Source of the DNA: Negaprion brevirostris
Taxonomy: Eukaryota
NCBI GenBank assembly: GCA_030324005.1
Contig: JARDVH010000042.1
Span: 39,881,378 to 39,945,377 of the forward strand
Length of the DNA: 64,000 bases
Direction of reading: 5' to 3'
Under the pieces are notes generated by a model. That model made no database searches. It saw nothing but the letters and a program-made list of their open reading frames with translations, and was not told where the DNA came from. Positions 52,991 through 64,000 of this stretch are shown piece by piece. The stretch's first letter is position 1; each line of letters begins with the position of its first letter. Position numbers and translations under genes: made by a program.

Positions 52991-53347
52991 CTATGTAGGC
53001 CAACCAGCAGGGATACTGTCTCCTCACATGATAATCAATTGAAACTGGAGTGTGCCTTGCCATGCCCCAGCAATCGGCTCCGGTCTCTGGCCAATCAGGA
53101 TGACACGTGAACCGCCTAATCCTTCCTTTGTACGATACATAAGACTCTGTTGTCACTGCTGGTTTTTCATGAATTGCCTGTGAAAGCCTGTCTGATTTCT
53201 TGAAGATGACAGGCCACACTGAACGTTTGCCATTCATTGTGCAAATGCCGGTGTGACTACAAGACTAAAGTACTAATGAATGTATCTCTAATCACATGTC
53301 CACATGCTATGAATTTGCCTTGAACAAGAACAGATTATGGAGTAATC
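52991..53347 (-). ncRNA. Candidate exon (strong acceptor, uncertain 3' end)
   Basis: Acceptor cttattgtttctgtag| at 53347; locally higher GC; donor atag|gttata is weak. Confidence 0.35.
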
Positions 53348-54632
53348 CTACAGAAACAATAAGCAATTATTAACAGTACTATATCATGTTTGATTCAACA
53401 AAAAAATTGATAGTCTAGATATAACTCTTGCCTCAAAACCTAAATAGTTCATGCTAAATGCTCCTGAGATTATGCTGTGCAGCAATATGCATCTTTTTTT
53501 AAAATTATGATTATGTGTCCACAGTTAACTATTAATTCAAAACTTGAACTGGGGCATTCGGAAATATTGTCATCTTTTGATATTATTTTCTAAACACTTA
53601 AAGTTCTTGAACAACGCAATAAACATCTGAACAATAATTATATGTCAGCTTTGAAATAGTGCTCTACAAGCCTTGACACTAAGCTACAATGTCACATCAT
53701 GCCATCAATAGCATCCTCTTATCTAGTCATCTTTTCTGGGTATCCAGTGACACATTTTGTACTGTCCAAACATCAAAACTGTACTCAAGGGTACTACCAT
53801 TATTCTACACACTGCAACATTTTTAAAAATGCACGCAACCCCATTTCTTTTACTAATTTCATTGTAGATTTTGATCAAAATAACTGCTTATTTTAATATA
53901 ACTATTTTAAAATACCTGGCAATGCTGCATTCCCATAGAATAAAACATCCTTACATATATAAAATTCAAGTCCACATAACTGCATCATGCTAATATCAAA
54001 AAGATTATGGGCGTATGTACATTGCCTTTATATGGTTTAGCGAATGCCTTTTTCGATTAACTAAATTCCAATAAAACATAAGGTTTGTATGCTGGATACA
54101 GATGCTAAATGTGTTTTATTTTGGCCTTGAATGGAACAAAGGAGTTTTTTTTACGAGTCAAAACAGCCGTGGGGAAGTTGTTTTCTCCCATATGTTTTTT
54201 TTATGTAACCACCTGAACTCCACTTTATTATAAACCCAGAAGTGAGTTTAATGTACAAGTTGGAGCAGGGAAGAATGGGGTGTGTGGTTAGGAAGGGGAG
54301 AAGCAAAAGTTATCGATTTGCTGCAAACTAAATAGGCAAAGAGAGGCCACATCATACAAAACAGCATCAAAAAGTTGTTTATCTAAGCAGCATCTGAAAG
54401 TAACTAGTAAAATATGGAAATACAAAGTAAGAGCTACAAAAAAATTGGGTTGCAAGAATGTACACAGATGATCTTGAAGGTCTATCACTAAACCAACACA
54501 AATTGCGTTTACTATAGTCCACATTAACATCTTCCCTGTGCAACACTTCCATACCCACTGCCAGCAAAAACAAACTGTGGTAGTCATTTCCCAGGCTGGC
54601 ACGCCAGGGCTCCTGCCTACCTATGTACTCAC

Positions 54633-54922
54633 ACAGAGACACCAGGAAATAGAAGTAACCTCAAAACCAAAATCAGCGCCAAGGCATCGTTCTTCAAGTT
54701 TGTGATGACAAAATGCTCATTCCACCTAGTCAAAATTCCCAAAGGTTGGCTTTGCGCCAATGCTCTGGCCTCTGACAAGTCTGATCCTTTAATCATTTCG
54801 ATTTCACTCACTTTTTTTTTGAAGATTTTTCTAATATATGTGTTCCACTCAAATAGTACAATGATTTGCGGTGGGCGTTTCAAAACTACGTGAAAGCTCA
54901 CGCATACTACACGGACAATTAC
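54633..54922 (-). ncRNA. Candidate exon 2
   Basis: Acceptor ctgaccctttatttcaaag|; donors at 54633 (tgt|gtgagt) or 54621 (atag|gtaggc); contains CpGs. Confidence 0.35.
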
Positions 54923-57503
54923 CTTTGAAATAAAGGGTCAGAGGGTTTGGAAAAAAAATAGCTTTAAAGGTACAGTTTACGGTAGGCAATATGCTAATGT
55001 CAGACTTCCCAGATGAAGAAATAGCGTGTACAAAGGGTCAATATCTTGTTCATTTGTGTTAACGTCAAATAAGGAACACGGAGCACACGTTGCAAGGTCA
55101 AAACATTTGGGTGTAATCAACAACACTACATATCAGACATCCCAAAGTAACAGGTTTCATCTTACAAACAACGCGACCTCAACAACTCCTAAACACAGAA
55201 CAAAAACCCGACTTTTGACAGCTGGTCGCAGTAGTTTGCAATGCCTCTATTGAGATAGTGGAGTGAAGTTTACAACCAACTCGCAAGTGGCAATCATAAA
55301 GTACTGCAGAAACTCAAATGCAACATTAAATATTTGGACGCGAAATTGAGCCTAATTGATGCCGGAATTTCACTCACTTTCAAATTTTCCTCTGAAAGAG
55401 GTCTTTTCCCAAACGGAAGGTCTGCATATGATTGATCCTTGGCTACATTTATTATCTCCCTGCTCTGGAGCTGATTAGCGTGCTGCACTCAAGCGAGAGG
55501 AGGTCTAAACTTATTTGATTGACCACACTCGGTGGACTCCGCTGGTTAAAAATCTGAACTCTGATCTATTCACTGCTGATATTTGTTTTTAAAAAAATCA
55601 CTAGGTATCACTTGAAACAAACTCTGCGGCAGGGAAGAAGAGGCGAAACGTCCAGTCAGTGTTCTCCCACAATCCTAAACCAGTTTCATGGATTATCAGT
55701 TTCATTCTTGAAAGGGGGCGGGATCAAATCTTCAGCATTTTCCTAAAACAAATACCGTGCCACCAGACAAGACAGAAAACATATTAACTCCTTTAGAACG
55801 CATGATTAACCAATACTGATTCTCATCGCAGGATCAACAAGCTGACTACATTCCTTTTCACCTTGATATAACATACCAACTTTAATTTACTCTGTATAAT
55901 AGGTATTCATCGCCCCCATGTCTATATTGTGAGAGATTTGTCATATTTTGTTTTGATAATATAATGTTGAGCATGACCTTGTCTGACAGCACGTTGGCAC
56001 TATTTCTGTAACTTGGCGTGCAATGTAATGTATTACAGCCATTAGTCTGATTCTGTAAAAAAAAATCTACAGGGACCGAAGAACACGGAGAATAACCGGC
56101 CCCTTTCTACAACATGATTCCCCTCGCCTTGTTACGCTTGTAAAAATGGCCTTTTCTTACTAAACTATGGGGAAACGTTGCCAAATTCATTGCAATCTCG
56201 AGTTTTACCCCATTCAAATGAATGTAGGTTACTGTTCTAATGTTGTCATGGACCAAAACCAAGTCACTGTTAAACCACAGCTTCTTTGCACTCGCAATTA
56301 ATTGCCTGAAATTTTGAGTGAGCACTTAGCATTGTACAGAAAGACTAGGAAACACGTTGAGATGATCTGGCAAAACAGACTTAATTTAAAAGTATGCATC
56401 GATAAACCAAATGAACGGAAAGGTAACAAAGTTTAAAAAATAAACTTAGATCGGGATGAAACCTGAAATTAAGGGATAGATGTGTGGGTCAAATAAGAAT
56501 GAAATTAGCGGTAGCTTGAAGAACGAGTTACAGAATGAAAGTAGGGTTGTCCATGATGATGAGTTAGATGTAGATGCACTGAGAGACACAGAGGCTTTGC
56601 ATGGTTCAGTATATTGCGCAGCAGTGTGACTTGGAAAGGATCTCCACACATTCCACTGTCTAAGCGTTTCCTACTGCGCCAGGACTCCGGCCCCCTCTTA
56701 CAACAATCCTGTTATATCAAACAGCTACTTGGAAATTAAAACAAGCAGCTTCTCCCAGGCGGCGTGGAATTCAAATTCTCTGGACAGCATCAACACAGGA
56801 AGTGCAAATCACTACAGATAAAGATTGGTCGTAATGGCAAAGTCGAGGAAATCGCAAATAAACAACCTCTGCCACAGATCCAACATAATTCAAGTAACAT
56901 GACTCTCCCCGCCTAAGATGAAATGCAGAATGGAAGTGACTCTTTGAGTGCACGGAAAAGTATGTACAGCATCGTATGTTCACTTTCAGAGTGAACTGCC
57001 AACGACCCATCACTACAAACTATTAAATATAAAACTATAACAATCAGTAAAGCCAGATAGGGTGTAAATTACGCTGTCATTGCAACTGCATTAGTCAGTA
57101 ACGTGTAACTGTAAGCAGCAATGCTTGATATATTCAATGATCAAATGTACTGTATCAGAGCTTCTCTACAATATTACTTCACACAGAATTAAATCATTTC
57201 TAATAAATTATGTTTACTGGCGCTCTGATTGCCATTGAGAGGAATGCCACCCGAAAATGTTAATCGCATCGTCTGACAATACTGCTGAAAGCACCAAATA
57301 TAAAAGCTGTAAATTAAAAGTGAGAAAGAGCCATTGTCCATTCTGGCTTGGCATCTGTAGATACAGTATATTGCACACTAACTCCATTTTACTCATTGTG
57401 TGATTTCTGTACTTTCACACGGACCGCACATGTCAAAACACAATCTAGAAACAAGAGAAAAGTCTACGCACAGCAGAACGGGGAGCAAAAAAAAATCACT
57501 TAC

Positions 57504-58135
57504 CGCACAAACCTCGACGATGCTGCTTCCCCGACCTCAATTTTCCCCCTCTTGAAGACGGATTAAAGTTACTTTAAAAGCTCCAACTTCTTTTGACACC
57601 TTGGATTAAGAGCAGAACGAGAGAGAATCGACCATGTTACAAAACACATCAGCCGGAGCAAAGCTCGTCATCATTCACCACCACAACAACACGTTTACGG
57701 GCCATGTGAACATTAAAGATTAAACAAAACCACGGCTGAAACAATGACAGAGAGAGTATTAACATTTAATTCCCTCCTCGGATTTGCACAGGGTAAGTTT
57801 TAAAGGGAGGGGGGGAAGCCAATTTAAAACACAGCAACATGCACAGGCCGTAATTTGCTTGCCATATAGCTTGAAGCATTAAACAATTACTGATCTAAGT
57901 CCAGTCATTAAAAACTGCGCTACAATGTTGGGTTTTTTTTGAGAGCAAACAAGTTTATATTTTTTTTACTGACCAGTGAGCTGAAGACAAATCGACTGTG
58001 AGGGCTGAGATTTGTATACATTAATTGTTTTTTTCTTTAAAAAGACAATACTTTAAAAAGCTGACATATAGAAAGCTATAGATAGAGCCATTTCTGAGAG
58101 AGGGAGAGAGAAAGCCCTGCTCGCTTTAGTCAGTC
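57504..58135 (-). ncRNA. Probable first exon (non-coding/5'UTR) of a minus-strand transcript
   Basis: Begins about 25 nt downstream of ctaaatatag at the CpG-island edge; strong donor gcg|gtaagtga at 57504; no long ATG-initiated ORF seen. Confidence 0.5.
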
Positions 58136-58149
58136 TCCCTGTCTGTGTG

Positions 58150-58970
58150 TATCTGCTTCTATATTTAGCGGAGGAGCAGCTCCAGCGAGAGGGGGCGGGG
58201 CCGGCGCTGTGCTCGTTCGCGTGGTGAACGCAACGTCACATACGCGCGCCCGCGCCCGCGCGCGGGGGGAGGGGGCGGGAGCGAGCGGTGCGATGGCGTG
58301 GGCGAGCGTGGGCCCGCCTGCCTGCGCATGGATACCCCTCCGCTAACGCCGTTGTTTGCAGCGCTTCCGCCCTCATCGCCCACCTCAGAGGTAACCATCC
58401 GCTGACAAAAAATGAGTTCCAGGGCAGGTTTCATGTTACTGGTGTGGGGGCGCCTTGGGAGTGGCCAGGTAGCATTTATGCCCCGTTATGGAATTGCTGC
58501 TATTATTAATGATGCTCACATATATTAAAACAAAACAACTGGCAGACTTTGGTTGTTGTTGTCGAGCTTTGAAATAATAAACTCGAGCTTCGCTTTTAAC
58601 AGGATAGTGGGTTATTTGGGGATAAGAATAAAATGTCAGCCAGCCCTCTCCCTCCAGGACAACGCCGAACCCATTAACAGGCAGAGTGAACTTTTAGGAC
58701 AGTGCCTTTTTTTGACGGGTAAACAGGATTGCCGCCGCCCGATGGGGCAACAACCCCCCATTGAGGCCGGCCCTCTCCACCCACCCTGCCTCAGTGCCCG
58801 GATTCGCTCCCCCACCCCATTGACGTCAGTGCCCAGGCTGTCAGTGCGCGCGGAGCTGTCAATCAAAGCCAAGTTGAGCGGCACGCGGAGCTGGAGCTGC
58901 ACCGCCGCTGCCGCAGATCCAGCACTCGGTCACAGCAGCAGCGTGTCACAGGCGATCAATCACTACACAC
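58150..58970. promoter_or_regulatory. CpG-island promoter region, possibly bidirectional
   Basis: Dense CpG; MEF2/TATA-like ctatatttag 58159-58168; GC box 58191-58200; half CRE 58233-58238; EGR gcgtgggcg 58296-58304; full CRE tgacgtca 58821-58828; PBX-PREP/MEIS ctgtcaatca 58856-58865. Confidence 0.8.
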
Positions 58971-60534
58971 TGTTACTTTTAATATCAGTGCAGCACAGAT
59001 TAAAGTTAAATGCAAGCAGAGTCTCTCGCTCTCTTCCCCCCCCCCCCCCCCCCCNNNNNNNNNNNNNNNNNNNNNNNNNNNNNNNNNNNNNNNNNNNNNN
59101 NNNNNNNNNNNNNNNNNNNNNNNNNNNNNNNNNNNNNNNNNNNNNNNNNNNNNNCCAAATTCACCAAAAGAACCTGCCAAATGACGTACAGGGGGAGGTA
59201 GGCGTAATAAGTTACTGTCAAAAAATAACCATTTTATTTATTTTAGTTCTTAGCAACTTTAGATGAGTCAGAGAACATCTCACCAATAGTTACCATTGGA
59301 GCAATTCAAAATGAAATTCGGATTTAAGACTTGACAGGGTCCTGGGAATCTTCTCCACTTACTATTTTAATCAGCCTTTGATCTGCATGCTAAAGTACAA
59401 TATTGTTTTTGCTAGAAACATGGTATGCCCACTGACTTTCATTATCCAACATTACAATCATTTAGTTTCGTGCAGTTTTGGGAAGACCTATAGTGACAAG
59501 AGCCCCACATCAATCACATTATCTGATAGTCTATGATAAATTCAGTGCTGTATCGTAAAACACTCTCGCCGTTTCTTTCAACCTCCCTCAACTCAACTTG
59601 ATTTACTCGTTTTGTTTTATGTGAACTGCATTCCCACAATACGCAAGATGCAGTGATCGCCCACTTGCTTGTATGTGTTAGCGAGCACGTCAGGTTTATA
59701 AATAGGGGTAAACAGAATAGTACGATAATGGCAAGAAAGCAGATAAAGTCTTCCTCTTAAAGCTCCACAAACCTAATTTAAAACAATAATAGTCACGATC
59801 AAATAACACATTTCTAAATGTTATGCAGTATTTAGTTGTATATTAAGTATAAATGTGGAGAGAAAGGAAACGATTTGGCCTACAGCCGTTCGGAGTCAGT
59901 AAACATGTCTTATCACTTAGAAGGTGCAATGTCAGACGAGTAAATCAAAGATACATTTTACATTTCGGGCCTAAGCTTGAAATTAACTTGCAGGACTGTT
60001 AACTGCGCCATAGCATTTGACATGAATACAGAAGCAATAAATAATGTTGAAGTTGTAATCCTGATATAAGCGTTTATCAGTTATATAACGTTCGGGGTTG
60101 GGGGGGGGGGTTGTTTGGGGGAAGAAGTCTACCACACATCCTGACAAACAGGATCTCATTTCTCTACAGTTCTTTGTAAATCAGATGGCCAAACTAGGGA
60201 AGCTGGAAACAAATGGAAGGACAGATGACACACGTATTGACACTGGCTGCTGTGAACATAAAATCAGACCTAGAGAAATCATATTGAGGAAAAAAATGGA
60301 AATGCAACATGAAACACTTCATTCTTGAAGCATAACCAAGTACAGGAGGGTCAATGGTCAGAGGGAAAAAATAAACCACCAAAACTGAAGGTTGTTCTCC
60401 AGTTTGACCTAACATTCTAAGTCACATTTTATAATATTTTTGGAGCTGTTTCACCACACTATTGTGGTGTAGTGATTGAAAAAGTAAAATCTAGCTAAGG
60501 ATTTAGAAAACTTCACTAGAATTTTTGTCAATGT

Positions 60535-60722
60535 GTTTCAGAGGGTTTTGGATGCTCCGTTGTTAAATACATTTAACGCAGACAGCTTTTTTGTCTCTCA
60601 GGTATTCAAAGGATACAGGGAGACGGCAGAAAAGTAGTCTTGAAACCCAAGATCAGACACAATCATTTTGAATGGTGGAGCAGGCTCCACAGGCCATGTG
60701 GTCTACTTCTGATTCTATGTCT
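60535..60722 (+). mobile_element. CR1 3' tail fragment
   Basis: 'gatcagacacaatcattttgaatggtggagcaggctccacaggccatgtggtctacttctg' is homologous to 41450-41520. Confidence 0.75.
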
Positions 60723-63700
60723 CGTGTATCCCTTTTCCATGACCATTGAACCCAATAGCTTGGCAGCTAAGATACAATTTATGGTGATGGAGTCTAATCC
60801 AAAATTTATAAAATGGATTTTAAACATATTTTGCAAATCACACTTTGCAACTCTAATCATTTTTGCAAGGAAACTAAAAGAGCAGACTCTCTGGAACATG
60901 TTTGTACTCTGTTTTCTGATTCTGACATGCAAAGAAACACAAATAAAAAAGCCCTACATTTATAATAGTATTGTATAATCCTGTATAAAATATATGTGTG
61001 TGTGTGGGAGGTCAAATGAGTTTGCAAACCTGTCTTTGGCATTGCTTATTTCTACTTATGTTATTGCTATTATTAATTTTATTAGTCATAGCATTATATA
61101 ATGATTTGGCTACTTTGTAATCAAACTCAAAATCGCATGATAAATTCAGACCATCTCAAAACTGTTTCCGAAGTGGCCTGCCCAAAGGGAACACGTAGAA
61201 AATATCTCAAAGAATAATTAAATGCCAATTGAAATAATAAAACCTCGTCACATTTATGATTACCCTAAGGTACAATCTTTGTAAAAGATTAAATATGAAG
61301 CCAGAAATCAGCCTCAGATTTGTAACACCAGCTTATGATTTGAAGCATTTTAAGAGTTCATAAATTTGAACTCAGCTTATAGAAATCAGTGAGGTAGATT
61401 GAAATACTTTTCTCCTTCATGTGATTTCACAATCAAGTTGATTGGCAGAAAGGGGGAAAATCCAGTCTGATATAAGTTTGTTCAATTTAAAGAAGATTGG
61501 GTCTCAAGCTCATGTGCACCATCCAGTCATTACAATATACCCCACACAATTATTGACCTTGCAAGCAATGTTAACGTCCATGTAAGATGCAAGTTTTCGC
61601 ATTCTAATCTCAATGACGGTTAAATTCCAATGACAGAATTGTAATGTTCCTTCCACATCTGTCCTAAATTTCAACTATAAAGTAGTTGTTAGACGATGTT
61701 GCACTGTAATTCAATGAAGTATCAATTTCTTATTTGCAGTGAGTCTACAGAGCCTGGTGCTGCTGAAGCCTACATTAGTAGCATGACCTAGAGGACAGCT
61801 GTAAATTATGTATGTCAAAGTCAAGATTATGTCAACCGGTTTTTGGAATTTGGACTATATCTCATTGATTTAAACAAAATCACTGGTGATACCTTAACTG
61901 TTTCCATTTAATGAAATTAATCTTTGATACTAATAAATGAAAAGGGAATTTGAGAAAAACAGCAAAACACAAGTTTTAAATGTACTGCAATGACATCTAC
62001 ATATGATAACCAGCAGTTGGACTTACTCAGATCACAGATTAATATCACTATCTAGGCATATTGGCTTGGTGCATCTGTTAGAACTGATTTAACTATGAAA
62101 ATGAAAGTTTACATTTACAGTAATTATATTCAATATAAATATGTGATATCAAATGCTTGTTTGTGACTTCAAAGCTGGCCATACATAACACTTGTCTTAT
62201 TTTAGGAACAGGTTAACAAAGTTAAAGGTCCGTGGCGGCAGTATAAAAAAGTTATGGTTTTATAAAGCATTTAAACTCTTTTTATTGAGTAAATACTAAA
62301 AATAATTCCACCTATAGTTTCACTGAGTAAGCTGATAACTACAAAAAGATTTACCTAGATGCTTCAAAAGGAAGCATGATCGATAATAATTAGCACAGCA
62401 TACTTGGCTCTTAAAATACAAATGTAAAAAAAAGATTATTTTTACTGGAAGTTTAATTTAAACATATTGTCACTTAATTAAAAACATAAATATTATCAGT
62501 TTTTTCTTAAACATAGTTCACTTGTTTAACATAGAAGCATTTTATTTGCAAATTCTCCTTTGCTCACCGTGCACAATAAAACCCTCAAACTTTTAAGTAT
62601 TTGTACTTTGCCATAGCCACTTACACCATATTACTTTAAAAAAACACTACTTAAGAATATTTTACTTATTATACAGGCTATAACTGTTTTCTTTGCTTTT
62701 AGGTCATTTCTACACAATGGAGTCTAAATGTGGTAATTTTGATGTTTTGTCATTTTTTGGTCCAAAAACTCACCAGTGTTCTCTTTCCTTCTTTCTATGC
62801 TCTGCAGCACCTGCTGCAGGCTCGGATGATCAAACACTGCAGGTAAAAAAGAAATCCTGAAGAAAAAGCCAGACCAGCTGGCTTTGAAGAGAAACCCCCC
62901 CTCTTCGGGATGAGCTTGCTTCGGACTGTTTCTACACTGAAGACAGAGTCTTTTTCCCCTTTCGATGTTGACCTATAGTTGCATGATGCTTTGCACAAGT
63001 GGCTGGTTGCCCTGCATCCACCTGCTTCTGTCACTCTGGGGTAAATTTAGCCCTGGAAGGTATCACTAACAGGCAGACCTTTGTCAGTTCTGGCAAGAGA
63101 AATAGGAGTACTGCCCAAGTAAGCATGAACAGGGTTCAGATGGAAAAATGAAATCGGGAGTCTTGTCCAAAAATCATTTTTTTGCCAATTAAACTACTTT
63201 CATATGCCAGAAAGTAATGTTTTACTTCTAACNNNNNNNNNNNNNNNNNNNNNNNNNNNNNNNNNNNNNNNNNNNNNNNNCTAATACATTGCAATTTGTA
63301 GGTTGACATTGCTTCCTAAGTTAGATTAGTTGCACAAGGAAGTTTTTCTCTGTCACAGTTTTTCCATTTTTAAAAAACATGGAAAGTTTTGTCTTCAGAG
63401 TATTAATTGTTAAACTGTTGTTGGAAACAAGTTGAAATTCATACTGTAATCTTCTATCACCAGCAGGTAAAGAGTTAAAATATTAATGTGAACCAAGCAG
63501 AAAATAATATACTAAATTGATTGTAAGTATATTTCATAATGTTTCAATATTTGAACTGTACAGTTTATGACATTTGTATTTTGTAAAGAGGTAGATTAAG
63601 GAGTAACCACTCAATAGTGATGCAAATATATTACAGCTGTGAAACTTGAATAAAACCTGAGTTACATTATTTACGATACCAATCAACAAGCCATGCCAAA

Positions 63701-64000
63701 TCTACTACTTTAAATTCTAAAGAAAAAATGTTTGGCTTATGAAAGAGACTAACGTCAAAGAAGAAAAAGAAACGATGTGGTTTAACATTTTCCCTTTTGT
63801 TTGAGTTGTCCTAAACACAGTAATGTTTCTTGTTTTGTATTTCCACAACAGGAAGAAAATGTTTCTACGATACTATTACACTTAATGCCATAATAATGTT
63901 TAACAATAAAGCATGTATCATGTATGAATAGTAACAATAAGGCTACCTGCAAGGTGCAAAATAACAATAGGTAATACAATGAATGGTGTTATGAATTATC

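Larger units (their letters stand above)
750..63280. other. Assembly gaps (13 N runs)
   Basis: N runs at 750-849, 12390-12489, 19923-20022, 21382-22261, 24087-24834, 31976-32157, 41319-41418, 42377-42745, 47533-47545, 48608-49156, 50180-50189, 59055-59154, 63233-63280. Confidence 0.95.

Noticed and set aside
12945-57800. Isolated strong plus-strand donors (gtaagt at about 12953, 34825, 48539, 57793)
   Set aside because: No matching acceptors or frames identified; expected by chance in 64 kb
58553-59266. 237-aa ORF across the CpG island
   Set aside because: Non-ATG start, spans an N gap, and is explained by low stop frequency in GC-rich DNA
61870-61910. aacaaaatcact resembling a Cyrano-type miR-7 site
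   Set aside because: The seed complement gtcttcca is absent

Overview
Draft-assembly genomic DNA from a cartilaginous fish. The repeat content (HE1-type tRNA SINEs, Deu-type SINEs, CR1/L2/Rex1-like LINE remnants, Penelope-like ends) points to a shark; this is inferred from repeats alone. I found no recognisable intact protein-coding gene: the long ORFs in the track are N-gap artefacts, and the recognisable short ones are decayed retrotransposon fragments. The window is mostly AT-rich non-coding DNA with many often-nested TE remnants and a family of short inverted-repeat (PIF/Harbinger-like) MITEs. Repeats thin out above about 51 kb around a CpG island (about 58.15-58.97 kb) carrying MEF2/TATA-like, Sp1, EGR, CRE and PBX-PREP motifs. 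A spliced, apparently non-coding or long-5'UTR transcript probably runs leftwards (minus strand) from this island. The best leads are that transcript and promoter, a 147-bp Penelope-derived insert with a minimal hammerhead-ribozyme motif, and MITEs carrying NF-kB-like palindromes. Nothing here can be claimed as a demonstrated new system. Repeat boundaries are read by eye and approximate.
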